A stretch of 10,490 bases of DNA from Leptospira sp. (GTDB lineage Bacteria > Spirochaetota > Leptospiria > Leptospirales > Leptospiraceae): contig JAWXAQ010000023.1 of assembly GCA_034439575.1 (NCBI GenBank), positions 1 to 10,490 of the forward strand, in the 5' to 3' direction. Shown here one piece after another: positions 1 through 7,383 of the stretch; positions within the stretch are counted from its first letter, which is position 1, and each line of letters begins with the position of its first letter. A program made the translations under genes and the position numbers. Below the pieces are notes generated by a model. The model searched no databases, had not been told where the DNA came from, and saw only the letters and a program-made list of their open reading frames with translations.

Positions 1-134
1 AACTTCGCGGCTAGATGCTACGCATCACGCTCGCGAGTTGTAGTCTCGCAGTCGAGGCAAGGTCACTTGCCTCTTGTGCTCCGACTGGCCATCCCATAGT
101 TTTGATACTCTGTCGTATAAAGATTGTTAAAAGA
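1..134. repeat. Partial GC-rich multi-hairpin repeat unit 1 (attC-like/structured element; left end outside window)
   Basis: Hairpins GATGC-tac-GCATC (14-26), GCGAG/CTCGC (33-49), GAGGCAAG-gtca-CTTGCCTC (54-73) and CAGTCG/CGACTG (49-54/82-87). The 3' end TTGTTAAAAGAGTAAGA (124-140) matches the unit 3 end TTGTTAGAAGAGTAAGA (525-541). Confidence 0.55.
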
Positions 135-139
135 GTAAG

Positions 140-171
140 AGCCTTTGGTCGAAAGATCGGAGGCTTTTTTT
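140..171 (+). terminator. Intrinsic terminator 1
   Basis: 11-bp stem AGCCTTTGGTC/GATCGGAGGCT (3 G-U pairs), GAAA tetraloop, T7 run at 165-171. Confidence 0.8.
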
Positions 172-193
172 ATTTTATAAGAACAAATTAACC

Positions 194-316
194 TATTCGA
201 TCTTTAACGACAGGCGGAATGTTTCTCGAACGTAAGCGAAGCCACGAGGGCGTAGCGCCCGAATTGGGACAGGACGTCCCATGAGGGAAAGTCGAGGAAC
301 ATGAAGCTTTGTTGGG
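194..316. repeat. Structured repeat unit 2 (attC-like fold-back)
   Basis: 5' block 194-232 matches 365-403 at 32/39 nt. 3' block 276-313 matches 492-529 at 36/38 nt. Outer arms ATGTTTCTCGA/TCGAGGAACAT, inner hairpins GGGCG-tag-CGCCC (248-260) and TGGGAC-aggac-GTCCCA (265-281). Bounded by TTTAAC...GTTGGG. Confidence 0.75.
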
Positions 317-345
317 AAGCCATCCTGTGTTAGGGTGGCTTTTTT
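317..345 (+). terminator. Intrinsic terminator 2
   Basis: Stem AAGCCATCCT/AGGGTGGCTT with a 5-nt loop, followed by TTTTTTGTTTT. Confidence 0.8.
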
Positions 346-364
346 GTTTTATAACCAGTGTTAG

Positions 365-534
365 TATTTGATCTGTAACGGCTGGCGGAATGTCTTTCTA
401 ACGGAGGCGGAGCAGGATTGCGGAGCTCGTGAATCGTGACACGGAGGTCACGTGAATAGGAGTTAGGAAGACAAGGAGCTCTGACACGGAGGTCCCATGA
501 GGGAAAGTCGGGAAACATGAAGCTTTGTTAGAAG
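365..534. repeat. Structured repeat unit 3 (attC-like, with internal duplication of its 3' half)
   Basis: Shares 5' and 3' blocks with unit 2. Stem TGTCTTTCTAAC (391-402)/GTTAGGAAGACA (462-473). TGACACGGAGGTC occurs twice (437-449 and 482-494). Bounded by TGTAAC...GTTAGA. Confidence 0.75.
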
Positions 535-750
535 AGTAAGAAGCTCGTGTCGTAAGATGCGGGCTTTTTTTGTTTTATATCGGAAGAAGATGCACATCCC
601 ACATAAGCGGAACTTCTATAGATAACTACCACTGCTTGATCTTTTGTAATCGTAGATTCAACATAAGGCACTCCTAAACGAGCGCAATTTCCAATTTCTT
701 TGGACTCATATAAATTTGAAAAGAATGAGATTTATGTTTATTTACACCTC
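528..750 (-). pseudogene. Remnant of a DUF2846-like lipoprotein gene (no start codon, C-terminally truncated)
   Basis: Manual translation of the minus frame from 710 to 576 gives YESKEIGNCARLGVPYVESTITKDQAVVVIYRSSAYVGCASSSDI. This resembles the lipoprotein Cys plus A-V-x-x-Y-R-x-x-x-x-x-G-x-A N-terminus of DUF2846 proteins. SD-like GAGGTG at 750-745 has no in-frame ATG after it. The frame ends at TAA 530-528. Family assigned by recognition, not by search. Confidence 0.45.
541..571 (+). terminator. Intrinsic terminator 3
   Basis: 11-bp stem AAGCTCGTGTC/GATGCGGGCTT with a GTAA (GNRA) loop, T7 run at 565-571. Confidence 0.8.
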
Positions 751-992
751 TTTTTATTTTTACGTTGAAAAAGTGTTCGTTATACGGTAAATAGTCTAGA
801 GAGATGATCCACTTTCAATCAATACTCGATACTCCATTTCTTGGTAGAGATTAATATCTTCTCGTTTAACTCCGATAACTTTTAATTATTCAATTGAAAT
901 GTGTCATGTGCAAATCTCAAAATTTTGGATCCTTTTCTGAATTTTTGAAAAAGAAAGAAGAGCTTTAAAATACAGGATTTTACCGAATGCCT

Positions 993-1406
993 CTAATTTT
1001 TATTCATGGATCGAATCGGAAATTGATTCACGATTTGTTGGAAACTATCGGAAATCTCCAGACAATCAGAATTGCCAATGTGAAAGTCAAAAATCATGTT
1101 TGGTGAATCAATTGGAAATGGAACTATTGATTTATCAAGTTGTATCCTAAGATTTTTCTTTGTTTTAGTTGAGTTCTCCTTTAATTTGAAAAAATAAAAT
1201 GTATTCTCCAAGTTAAAAATTTTTGAACCAGTGGGAAGTCTAGGGAAATCAAAAAACCATCTCGAAAAATCTAAGCATTCCCAAGTTAAGAATAGAGGAT
1301 CTACTCTTGAAGATGCATTCCCATCGATTTGGAAATACAATTCAAAAAGCAACCAGTTGTCGTCATAATAGGAATCATTTTCGCCTGAGAACTGATAGCC
1401 GATCAC
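993..1406 (-). CDS. Hypothetical protein, possibly WapI-like immunity protein; probably N-terminally disrupted
   Basis: 137-aa ORF from GTG with GYQF...YDDNWLL and DPLFLTWE motifs. An in-frame ATG at 1454 is separated from it by a TAA at 1433-1431 (MIFFLAK*QNLIIKSKVIGYQF). The family call is tentative. Confidence 0.6.
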   Translation of the reverse strand: MIGYQFSGENDSYYDDNWLLFELYFQIDGNASSRVDPLFLTWECLDFSRWFFDFPRLPTGSKIFNLENTFYFFKLKENSTKTKKNLRIQLDKSIVPFPIDSPNMIFDFHIGNSDCLEISDSFQQIVNQFPIRSMNKN

Positions 1407-1967
1407 TTTTGATTTGATGATTAGATTTTGTTATTTGGCTAAAAAGAAAATCATAAAGGAAATTATACATAGCAGGTAGGACAAAATATAATTTCGTATA
1501 TTTCGAAATTAGTCTTAAGTTCATAATAATTTTTAGTTTATGGGAACATAACGAAAAATAAGTATCAAAGAGAAAAAAAGAATTGATCCACTTGGATTAG
1601 GAACTCGTTAAAATCATATCATTACCGTTGATTGATTTTAAAAAGCATATCTATAATTTATAGAAAAATATTTCAAATTCAAACGAGTGAAAATTTTTAA
1701 AAAAGTCCATCAAACGGAAAAACAAAAAAAAGAGAGTTACATAATCTGCTTTTAACAAGGTCGAAATTCTAGAAAAGTAAATTGTCAATATAATGATCAC
1801 TCATAGAAGAGGCATTGATCCAAATTTAGAAAGTCGAAAACGTGATATCGAAGAGATCATTCGTAAAAAAAGAGAGAATTTATTTGAGCTAAATAATTTA
1901 ATGGGAAATAGTTATGAATACACTTTCGAATATTATAAACTAAAATTGAAAGCAGGATACGATTTTA

Positions 1968-2042
1968 TCCCCGCGTTAGGTGATCCGCAGGGCTTGGTCC
2001 GAAGGACGGGAGCGTCAGCGCACCCCGTAGGAGCCCGACCCA
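1968..2042. repeat. Short GC-rich REP-like palindromic intergenic element
   Basis: GC island in AT-rich DNA with GGGCTT (1990-1995)/GAGCCC (2031-2036), GTCC-gaa-GGAC (1997-2007) and ACGGG/CCCGT (2006-2010/2024-2028). It lies about 50 nt past the response regulator stop codon. Confidence 0.45.
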
Positions 2043-2093
2043 TTGAGCTAACAGACTTTAATACGAAATTTAATCGGGAACGCCCTTGTTATC

Positions 2094-2504
2094 TCAATTC
2101 GCAGGTAATACTTGTAATTCACGTATAACGGAGATGAGATGATCTTTCTTCCAAGGCTTTGTGATGACATGATCTACTCGGCCAACTCTTTTCGCACGGT
2201 CTAAAGAAACTGGATCTACTTGGCCAGTGAGAAGGATTTTCTTAATATTTGGGAAATTGAGTTGAAGGTGAATCATAAATTCATCGCCTTTCATACCAGG
2301 CATTAACCAATCACTAACGACGATCACAATAGAGTTGTTAGCGTCTTCCGTATCATCAATGATATCTATGGCTTCGGCAGCCGATTGTGCTGTTTCATAT
2401 ATAAAATTATTTCCGAAGGAATTACGAAGTTGTTCCTTTAAACTTTCAAGAACAGACTCCTCATCGTCTACGCAGAGAAAAATACATTTTTGGTCTGTGT
2501 TCAA
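2094..2504 (-). CDS. Single-domain response regulator (CheY-like REC)
   Basis: Acidic pocket VDDE, phosphoacceptor in VVSDWLMPGMKG, LLTG and the conserved KP (ITKPW). TTG start overlaps the kinase TGA. Confidence 0.93.
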   Translation of the reverse strand: MNTDQKCIFLCVDDEESVLESLKEQLRNSFGNNFIYETAQSAAEAIDIIDDTEDANNSIVIVVSDWLMPGMKGDEFMIHLQLNFPNIKKILLTGQVDPVSLDRAKRVGRVDHVITKPWKKDHLISVIRELQVLPAN

Positions 2505-4447
2505 ATCGGTAGCCTCACGATGAAGGTGGTACCAATACCAACCTCTGAATGAAAGTAAATTTCTCCCTGATGCTTTTCAATGATTTTTTTTACGATTCCA
2601 AGTCCCAAGCCTGTTCCCTCGCCTCTCATTTTCGTAGTAAAAAAGGGATCAAAAACTTTCTCTTTATCCTCTTCCTTAATTCCTTTGCCTGTATCTCGAA
2701 ACAAAATCTTTACAAAGTTAGGTTCTGCTTCCTTTGTAATCTCGATATAGATTTCCCCCTTACCTTCGATAGCTTGCACAGAATTGTGAATCAAATTGGT
2801 CCATACTTGGCTCAATTCATCTGGATAAGATTTGATCGTTCCTAAATAATTGAAATTCTTTATGATCTCAATTCCTTCTTTTAATAAACTTTTATAGATG
2901 ATAAGAACTGTCTCAATATTCTCCGCTAAACTAATTTCTAACTTTTCGCCTGTTAAATCCTGATGAGAATAATTTTTCAAAGCATATACAATCTTCGAGG
3001 CACGATCCACAGAATTTTCTATGTTCCTTGCATTGCTTTGCAATCTAGAAATTTTATATATATATTCGATAGACTCTTCACCGCCAACTTCTTGTAAGAT
3101 GGAAATCCATTTATCTAGGGCAATTGGTAAATCAATATCCAATAGCAAATCCGCGAAATGTTCTGAATTTTTTATTTCAGCCTTTAGCAATAGTTCTGCT
3201 ATCTCTTTCTTTCGTTGCCTACGCTCTCTACTTGTTAAATACGTTTGTTTTGAGTCATAAGGATTGGCATTTGAAATTATATCATTTACAATTTTTTTAG
3301 CACTATTTGGCAAAGTATTCGTAGGAAATGCTAACACATAGGTGATTGCATCTTCTACATTGGATATCGCGGTCCGAATCGATCCAAGAGGTGTATTGAT
3401 TTCATGGGCGATTCCAGCAACTAACTGACCTAGTGTGGACATTTTTTCTGACTGTATGAGTTGTGCTTCTGCCGCTTTCAAATCTTCCAAAGCCTGAGAA
3501 AGATCAGAGTTTGATTTAGAAAGATTTTGGTTGGATAAATTTAAATCTTGGATAAGGAATGAGATTTTTTCTTTTAGAATGCGAAAGGCCGAGGCCAAGC
3601 TCCCAATTTCATCCTTTGACTCATAAGTGATAGGCACTTCCCAATTTTGATTTCCGATCTCGTGTGCTACGTCCGTCAAACCATAAATTGGCGAACTTAC
3701 TTTTTCGCGAATCACGATATAGGAAAATGTTAAAGAAACAATAAGGGTTATGATCACAAAAAACATTGCTGAAATCAAATAAACACTGTATCGTTCGAAG
3801 GCTCTAACATTTTCATTTGTACGTTTTTCAAGTAGTTGGAAGAATTCATCTATAGGTCGCATGATTTCTCTTTTGTAATTATGATACTCAATGCCATGCA
3901 TTATAGAAATCGCATATTCTCTATTTGGTTTCCCCCGAATTGTGAAATTACCTTTCGCATCTTTGAAATTACCTTTTACGGCATTCATGGCAATATTTTC
4001 TAAATTTACTAATTCATCAGAATTGAATTGAGCTTTTTTTAATTTCTCAAATTCATCTTGTGTGAATCCGGCTTCGATCATTCTTGATTGCAGTGAATTT
4101 TTTGAACCAGCCTCTTCCTTTTTATCTGAAGGATAAATTACAAAATCCCAATAGATCCTATCATAGTTTTCTGGCCGAGTTTTTTCCCCATTGCGAATAG
4201 CCAATATTTCATTAAAGATTTTTTCGTAAAAATCATTTCCCGTGACAACATATGTTCGCGCAAACCGTGTTAGGTCATCGGAACTTTGCCTAAGTTCATC
4301 AGCCAGTTTGATCGATTTTAATCTTGTTTCTTGACTTTCAGCTAGGAAAGACTGAACTTTAAAGAGAGTAATCGCAAGTATTCCGAGTATAATTAATAAT
4401 ATGATATTAACAGAAAATATTAAATAAAATAAACGCTTTAGGCTCAT
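2501..4447 (-). CDS. Membrane-bound sensor histidine kinase (TM-extracytoplasmic sensor-TM-HAMP-HisKA-HATPase)
   Basis: Two hydrophobic TM segments, HAMP (DEIGSLASAF), H-box AGIAHEINTPL, N-box QVWTNLIHNS, G1 DTGKGI, F-box FDPFFTTK and G2 GTGLGL. Confidence 0.95.
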   Translation of the reverse strand: MSLKRLFYLIFSVNIILLIILGILAITLFKVQSFLAESQETRLKSIKLADELRQSSDDLTRFARTYVVTGNDFYEKIFNEILAIRNGEKTRPENYDRIYWDFVIYPSDKKEEAGSKNSLQSRMIEAGFTQDEFEKLKKAQFNSDELVNLENIAMNAVKGNFKDAKGNFTIRGKPNREYAISIMHGIEYHNYKREIMRPIDEFFQLLEKRTNENVRAFERYSVYLISAMFFVIITLIVSLTFSYIVIREKVSSPIYGLTDVAHEIGNQNWEVPITYESKDEIGSLASAFRILKEKISFLIQDLNLSNQNLSKSNSDLSQALEDLKAAEAQLIQSEKMSTLGQLVAGIAHEINTPLGSIRTAISNVEDAITYVLAFPTNTLPNSAKKIVNDIISNANPYDSKQTYLTSRERRQRKKEIAELLLKAEIKNSEHFADLLLDIDLPIALDKWISILQEVGGEESIEYIYKISRLQSNARNIENSVDRASKIVYALKNYSHQDLTGEKLEISLAENIETVLIIYKSLLKEGIEIIKNFNYLGTIKSYPDELSQVWTNLIHNSVQAIEGKGEIYIEITKEAEPNFVKILFRDTGKGIKEEDKEKVFDPFFTTKMRGEGTGLGLGIVKKIIEKHQGEIYFHSEVGIGTTFIVRLPI

Positions 4448-4450
4448 GTT

Positions 4451-5710
4451 TCACCGATTCGTTGTTAGATCTACAGAGACCAAACATATATCATCATTCA
4501 ATACTGAATCTTGCAAAAAGTTCATCATATCCGAAAAGATTCCAGCTACTAATTTCTCACTTGTCTCAGTACGATTTTCCATAAGATAATCATGAAGTAG
4601 ATCTTCATAAAACTGTAGACCTTTTTGTTCCGAACAGGCCTCGATGAGTCCATCTGTAAAAAACAATATTCGTGAACTTCCAGTTAGATTGACAATTTCA
4701 CTTTTATAATCTGAATTTTTTTGTGCCAGTGTAACTGAACTTAGAATTCCAAGTGGTTTTCGTTTGTGCTGAAGTTTAAGTTCTCTTACATGATCCATAG
4801 TAAAAACATAAGGAAATGGATGTCCCGCATGTGCACAATTCATTTCACTTTTTTCAAAATCGATAACTGCGTATAGAGCTGTCACAAAACGACCGTCAGA
4901 ATAGGAGAGAATGATATCATTGAGGATGGTTAACAACTGGGAAGGATCATTTAGTATCTCTTCTGACATTTGGTGTAAGGCGCTCTTGATAATGGCAGTT
5001 ATGAAGGCTGAAGCAACTCCATGTCCTGCCACATCACTGATAAAAATTCCGATTTTGTTTTTATCTTTGAAATGCAAAATATCAAAAAAATCCCCACCCA
5101 CTTTATCCAAAGGCAAATAAAGAGTGGATATAAATTTTTGGCTCTCTTTATGAGGTAACATCGAATTTTGAATTCGTGCAGCGAGTGTTAAATCTTTTCT
5201 CATCATCATATTTTGGCTGAGAATTTCTTTTGATTTTTGTGCCAGATCTTTTTGGATCAGTTTTTTTTCGGATACATCCATGACTGTGAATCGGATCAGA
5301 ATTTCTTCTCCAGGTGCCGATACAATCTTTCCTGAGAGATAAACATCAAGAAAATTGTCGTCCTTTTTTCTTAAAGATACCTCTAGATTGTTAGTTGTTC
5401 CTCCTTTGAGTATAGATTCAAATCCTAAGTCAAAAGCTTGGATATAATTTTCTCCAACGAGTTTTCGAAATTCCGAGTAAGCATTTAGCTCTTTGCGTGT
5501 ATATCCTAGCCAATCAAGTAAAGTCACATTCGCTTTTTGAATGTTGCCTTTTTCGTTGAGATTTAGATATCCAATGGGAGAATTATTAAAGAAGTCATCT
5601 AACAGAACATTTTGGATGAGTAATTGGTATTTTAATTGGTCCAATTCTGCGCTGAGTTTGGCTATTTGTTCCAATTGTGATTCTTTTCCAACATCCGTCA
5701 TTTGCTCCAT
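4451..5710 (-). CDS. PAS-domain PP2C/SpoIIE (RsbU-like) serine phosphatase
   Basis: PAS (FNNSPIG...ANVTLLDWLGYTRKEL), linker DLTLAARIQNSMLP, and PP2C motifs VGGDFFD, SDVAGHG, FTDGL and DDICL. Confidence 0.93.
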   Translation of the reverse strand: MEQMTDVGKESQLEQIAKLSAELDQLKYQLLIQNVLLDDFFNNSPIGYLNLNEKGNIQKANVTLLDWLGYTRKELNAYSEFRKLVGENYIQAFDLGFESILKGGTTNNLEVSLRKKDDNFLDVYLSGKIVSAPGEEILIRFTVMDVSEKKLIQKDLAQKSKEILSQNMMMRKDLTLAARIQNSMLPHKESQKFISTLYLPLDKVGGDFFDILHFKDKNKIGIFISDVAGHGVASAFITAIIKSALHQMSEEILNDPSQLLTILNDIILSYSDGRFVTALYAVIDFEKSEMNCAHAGHPFPYVFTMDHVRELKLQHKRKPLGILSSVTLAQKNSDYKSEIVNLTGSSRILFFTDGLIEACSEQKGLQFYEDLLHDYLMENRTETSEKLVAGIFSDMMNFLQDSVLNDDICLVSVDLTTNR

Positions 5711-6208
5711 TTAGACGATTTGCAATTTCCTACTCAATTCATTTTGTTATAGTTTTTGTCTCTTTTGAATTTCGCGGTTTCATAAAATGACTTTTTTCGA
5801 AATCACAATGAGTGAATCACTATTAAGTAATAAAATTCGATTTAGTTTTTCTTTTCCGAATTCGAAGTTATTGAAACCATAAGACAATTAATCATGATCA
5901 AAAATTGATCTGTGTTATCAGAAATAATAGAAAATTTTGGTTGTTTCCATGCTGGGGTATAATTATCAAATCCTTTAAAATTATTTTTTTCATATTTTGA
6001 ATCACCAAACGGTAATAATATTCCGCTGTCACTTTCCTAATGTTACGTGATCAGGAGTTTAATAAAAATAATCTAAGTTTGGATTATATTTCACATATTT
6101 GATGAAATGATTTCCAAGTCCATTTTTTCCGAGTATCAAATAGCGGTGCAATTCTAGGATAATTATTTTTCTAATGTATACTTCCGCCATTTATAACTAA
6201 ATAAAAAG

Positions 6209-6237
6209 TTTGCACAATTTTTAATGCTTATTATACT
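6209..6237 (+). promoter_or_regulatory. Putative sigma70 promoter for the RRM gene
   Basis: TTGCAC (6210-6215), 16-nt spacer, TATACT (6232-6237). The AT-rich context lowers specificity. Confidence 0.45.
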
Positions 6238-6421
6238 TGGCCATAGATTCAATAATTATCGTTTTCTTAACTTCTAAAGTATTCCTGACCTTTTTGCACT
6301 CTGATTTCTTTTCTAAGTCTTCCCCTGCATTTTCGTTGTGTTTTTACCTAAATTCCTTTACGGATAGTCGTTTCTAAATCATGAAATTTTATGAATCAAT
6401 ACAAAACATTGAGGATATCAA

Positions 6422-6685
6422 ATGTCAACTAACATATATGTAGGAAACCTTTCTTATGAAATGACAGAGAGTAAGTTAAATGAACTTTTTTCTGTTCACG
6501 GTGCAGTAACTTCTGCAAAAATTATCACTGACCAGTACACTGGCGGATCAAAAGGTTTCGGTTTTATCGAAATGAAAGAACGTAATGATGCTGATAAAGC
6601 TATTAGCGATTTAAATGGAAAAAACATCCTAAATCGCGAAATGAAAGTAAATATCGCAAAACCTAAAACGAACAACTGGAACTAA
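6422..6685 (+). CDS. RRM (RNP-1) RNA-binding protein, Rbp type
   Basis: RNP-2 IYVGNL, RNP-1 KGFGFIEM, SD GAGGA at 6411-6415. Confidence 0.95.
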   Translation: MSTNIYVGNLSYEMTESKLNELFSVHGAVTSAKIITDQYTGGSKGFGFIEMKERNDADKAISDLNGKNILNREMKVNIAKPKTNNWN

Positions 6686-6697
6686 ATTCCAAAAAAT

Positions 6698-6736
6698 AAT
6701 TTCAGTTTTTGGAAATAAATTCCAGAAACTGAAATT
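6698..6736 (+). terminator. Long hairpin after the RRM gene (probable terminator)
   Basis: 17-bp stem AATTTCAGTTTTTGGAA/TTCCAGAAACTGAAATT (one G-U) with a 5-nt loop. The T-tract is weak. Confidence 0.6.
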
Positions 6737-6996
6737 CTATTCAGCCGAAGGCGATTGATTAAAATCAGTTCCTAACTCGCAATCATCTCATTTCATATTT
6801 CCCACTTCAATCAAATTCTCCGCATTATCTGAGTCCGAAATTTTTCATAGCTAAGAATTAATATTTGAATGGTCGGATGAATCTTTTCTTTTACTAATTA
6901 TAGTTTTTTTCTAGTTTAAATCAAAGTTTCATATAACAAGAAAAGATATTGTTTAAAAAGTATCACTAAACAATGTTTATGTGAAATGGTCCAAAA

Positions 6997-7248
6997 ATGT
7001 TGGATGAAACTATATTTCTCTCTATTGAGGTTGTAATTCTTATACACAAAAACCAAATCGAACACTATGACGGGGCAACTAATATTCGTGATTTAGGTCT
7101 TCTTGAATCAGCAATTAACCAACCAATGACTACTTTTGACGGGATCAGTTTACACACTTCTCTTTTCGATAAAGCAGCTGCCTATTTATATTACTTATGC
7201 AAAATAATCAAATGGTGTTTCTCAAAAAATCTTGTTTTCCTAATCTAA
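6997..7248 (+). pseudogene. doc: Truncated death-on-curing (Doc/Fic family) toxin
   Basis: Typical Doc N-terminus (FLSIEVVILIH...IRDLGLLESAINQP...LFDKAAAYLYYLCK). The HxFxDGNKR motif expected next is absent, replaced by IIKWCFSKNLVFLI*. Only 83 aa. Confidence 0.8.
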
Positions 7249-7383
7249 ATCCAACAAAACTAACTTTAATTAAACATTTTACACTTTGAATAAATCAAAA
7301 ACCTAATTATTATTAATTATTTTAGGGCAGTAGTAAGAATAATATCTTGAAATTCCTGTTTTTAAAATCAAAGGTGGAGAAAA

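Noticed and set aside
330-518. 62-aa minus-strand ORF
   Set aside because: Lies entirely within repeat unit 3 and terminator 2, with no protein-like features.
194-571. c-di-GMP or other known riboswitch (structured RNA plus terminator)
   Set aside because: I do not see the GEMM consensus, and no same-strand gene lies downstream of the terminators. An Rfam scan would settle it.
124-580. CRISPR array interpretation of the repeats
   Set aside because: The conserved blocks alternate between two types, spacing is irregular, the intervening sequences are structured and related to each other, and no cas genes are present.
1540-1790. A-rich, coding-like plus-strand stretch starting ATGGGAACATAA
   Set aside because: The frame from this ATG has several early stops and no recognisable family.
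1793-2128. 111-aa plus-strand ORF
   Set aside because: The C-terminal half reads through the GC-rich palindrome and overlaps the response regulator stop, and no motif is recognisable. The charged N-terminal half could be a gene remnant, but I cannot support that.
2335-5120. Plus-strand ORFs 2335-2523, 2549-2845, 3021-3260 and 4911-5120
   Set aside because: Antisense shadows of the well-supported REC, HK and PP2C genes.
7286-7313. Possible promoter TTGAAT-N16-TATTAT for the AfsA operon
   Set aside because: The region is extremely AT-rich, so such matches arise by chance. I found no ARE-like palindrome.
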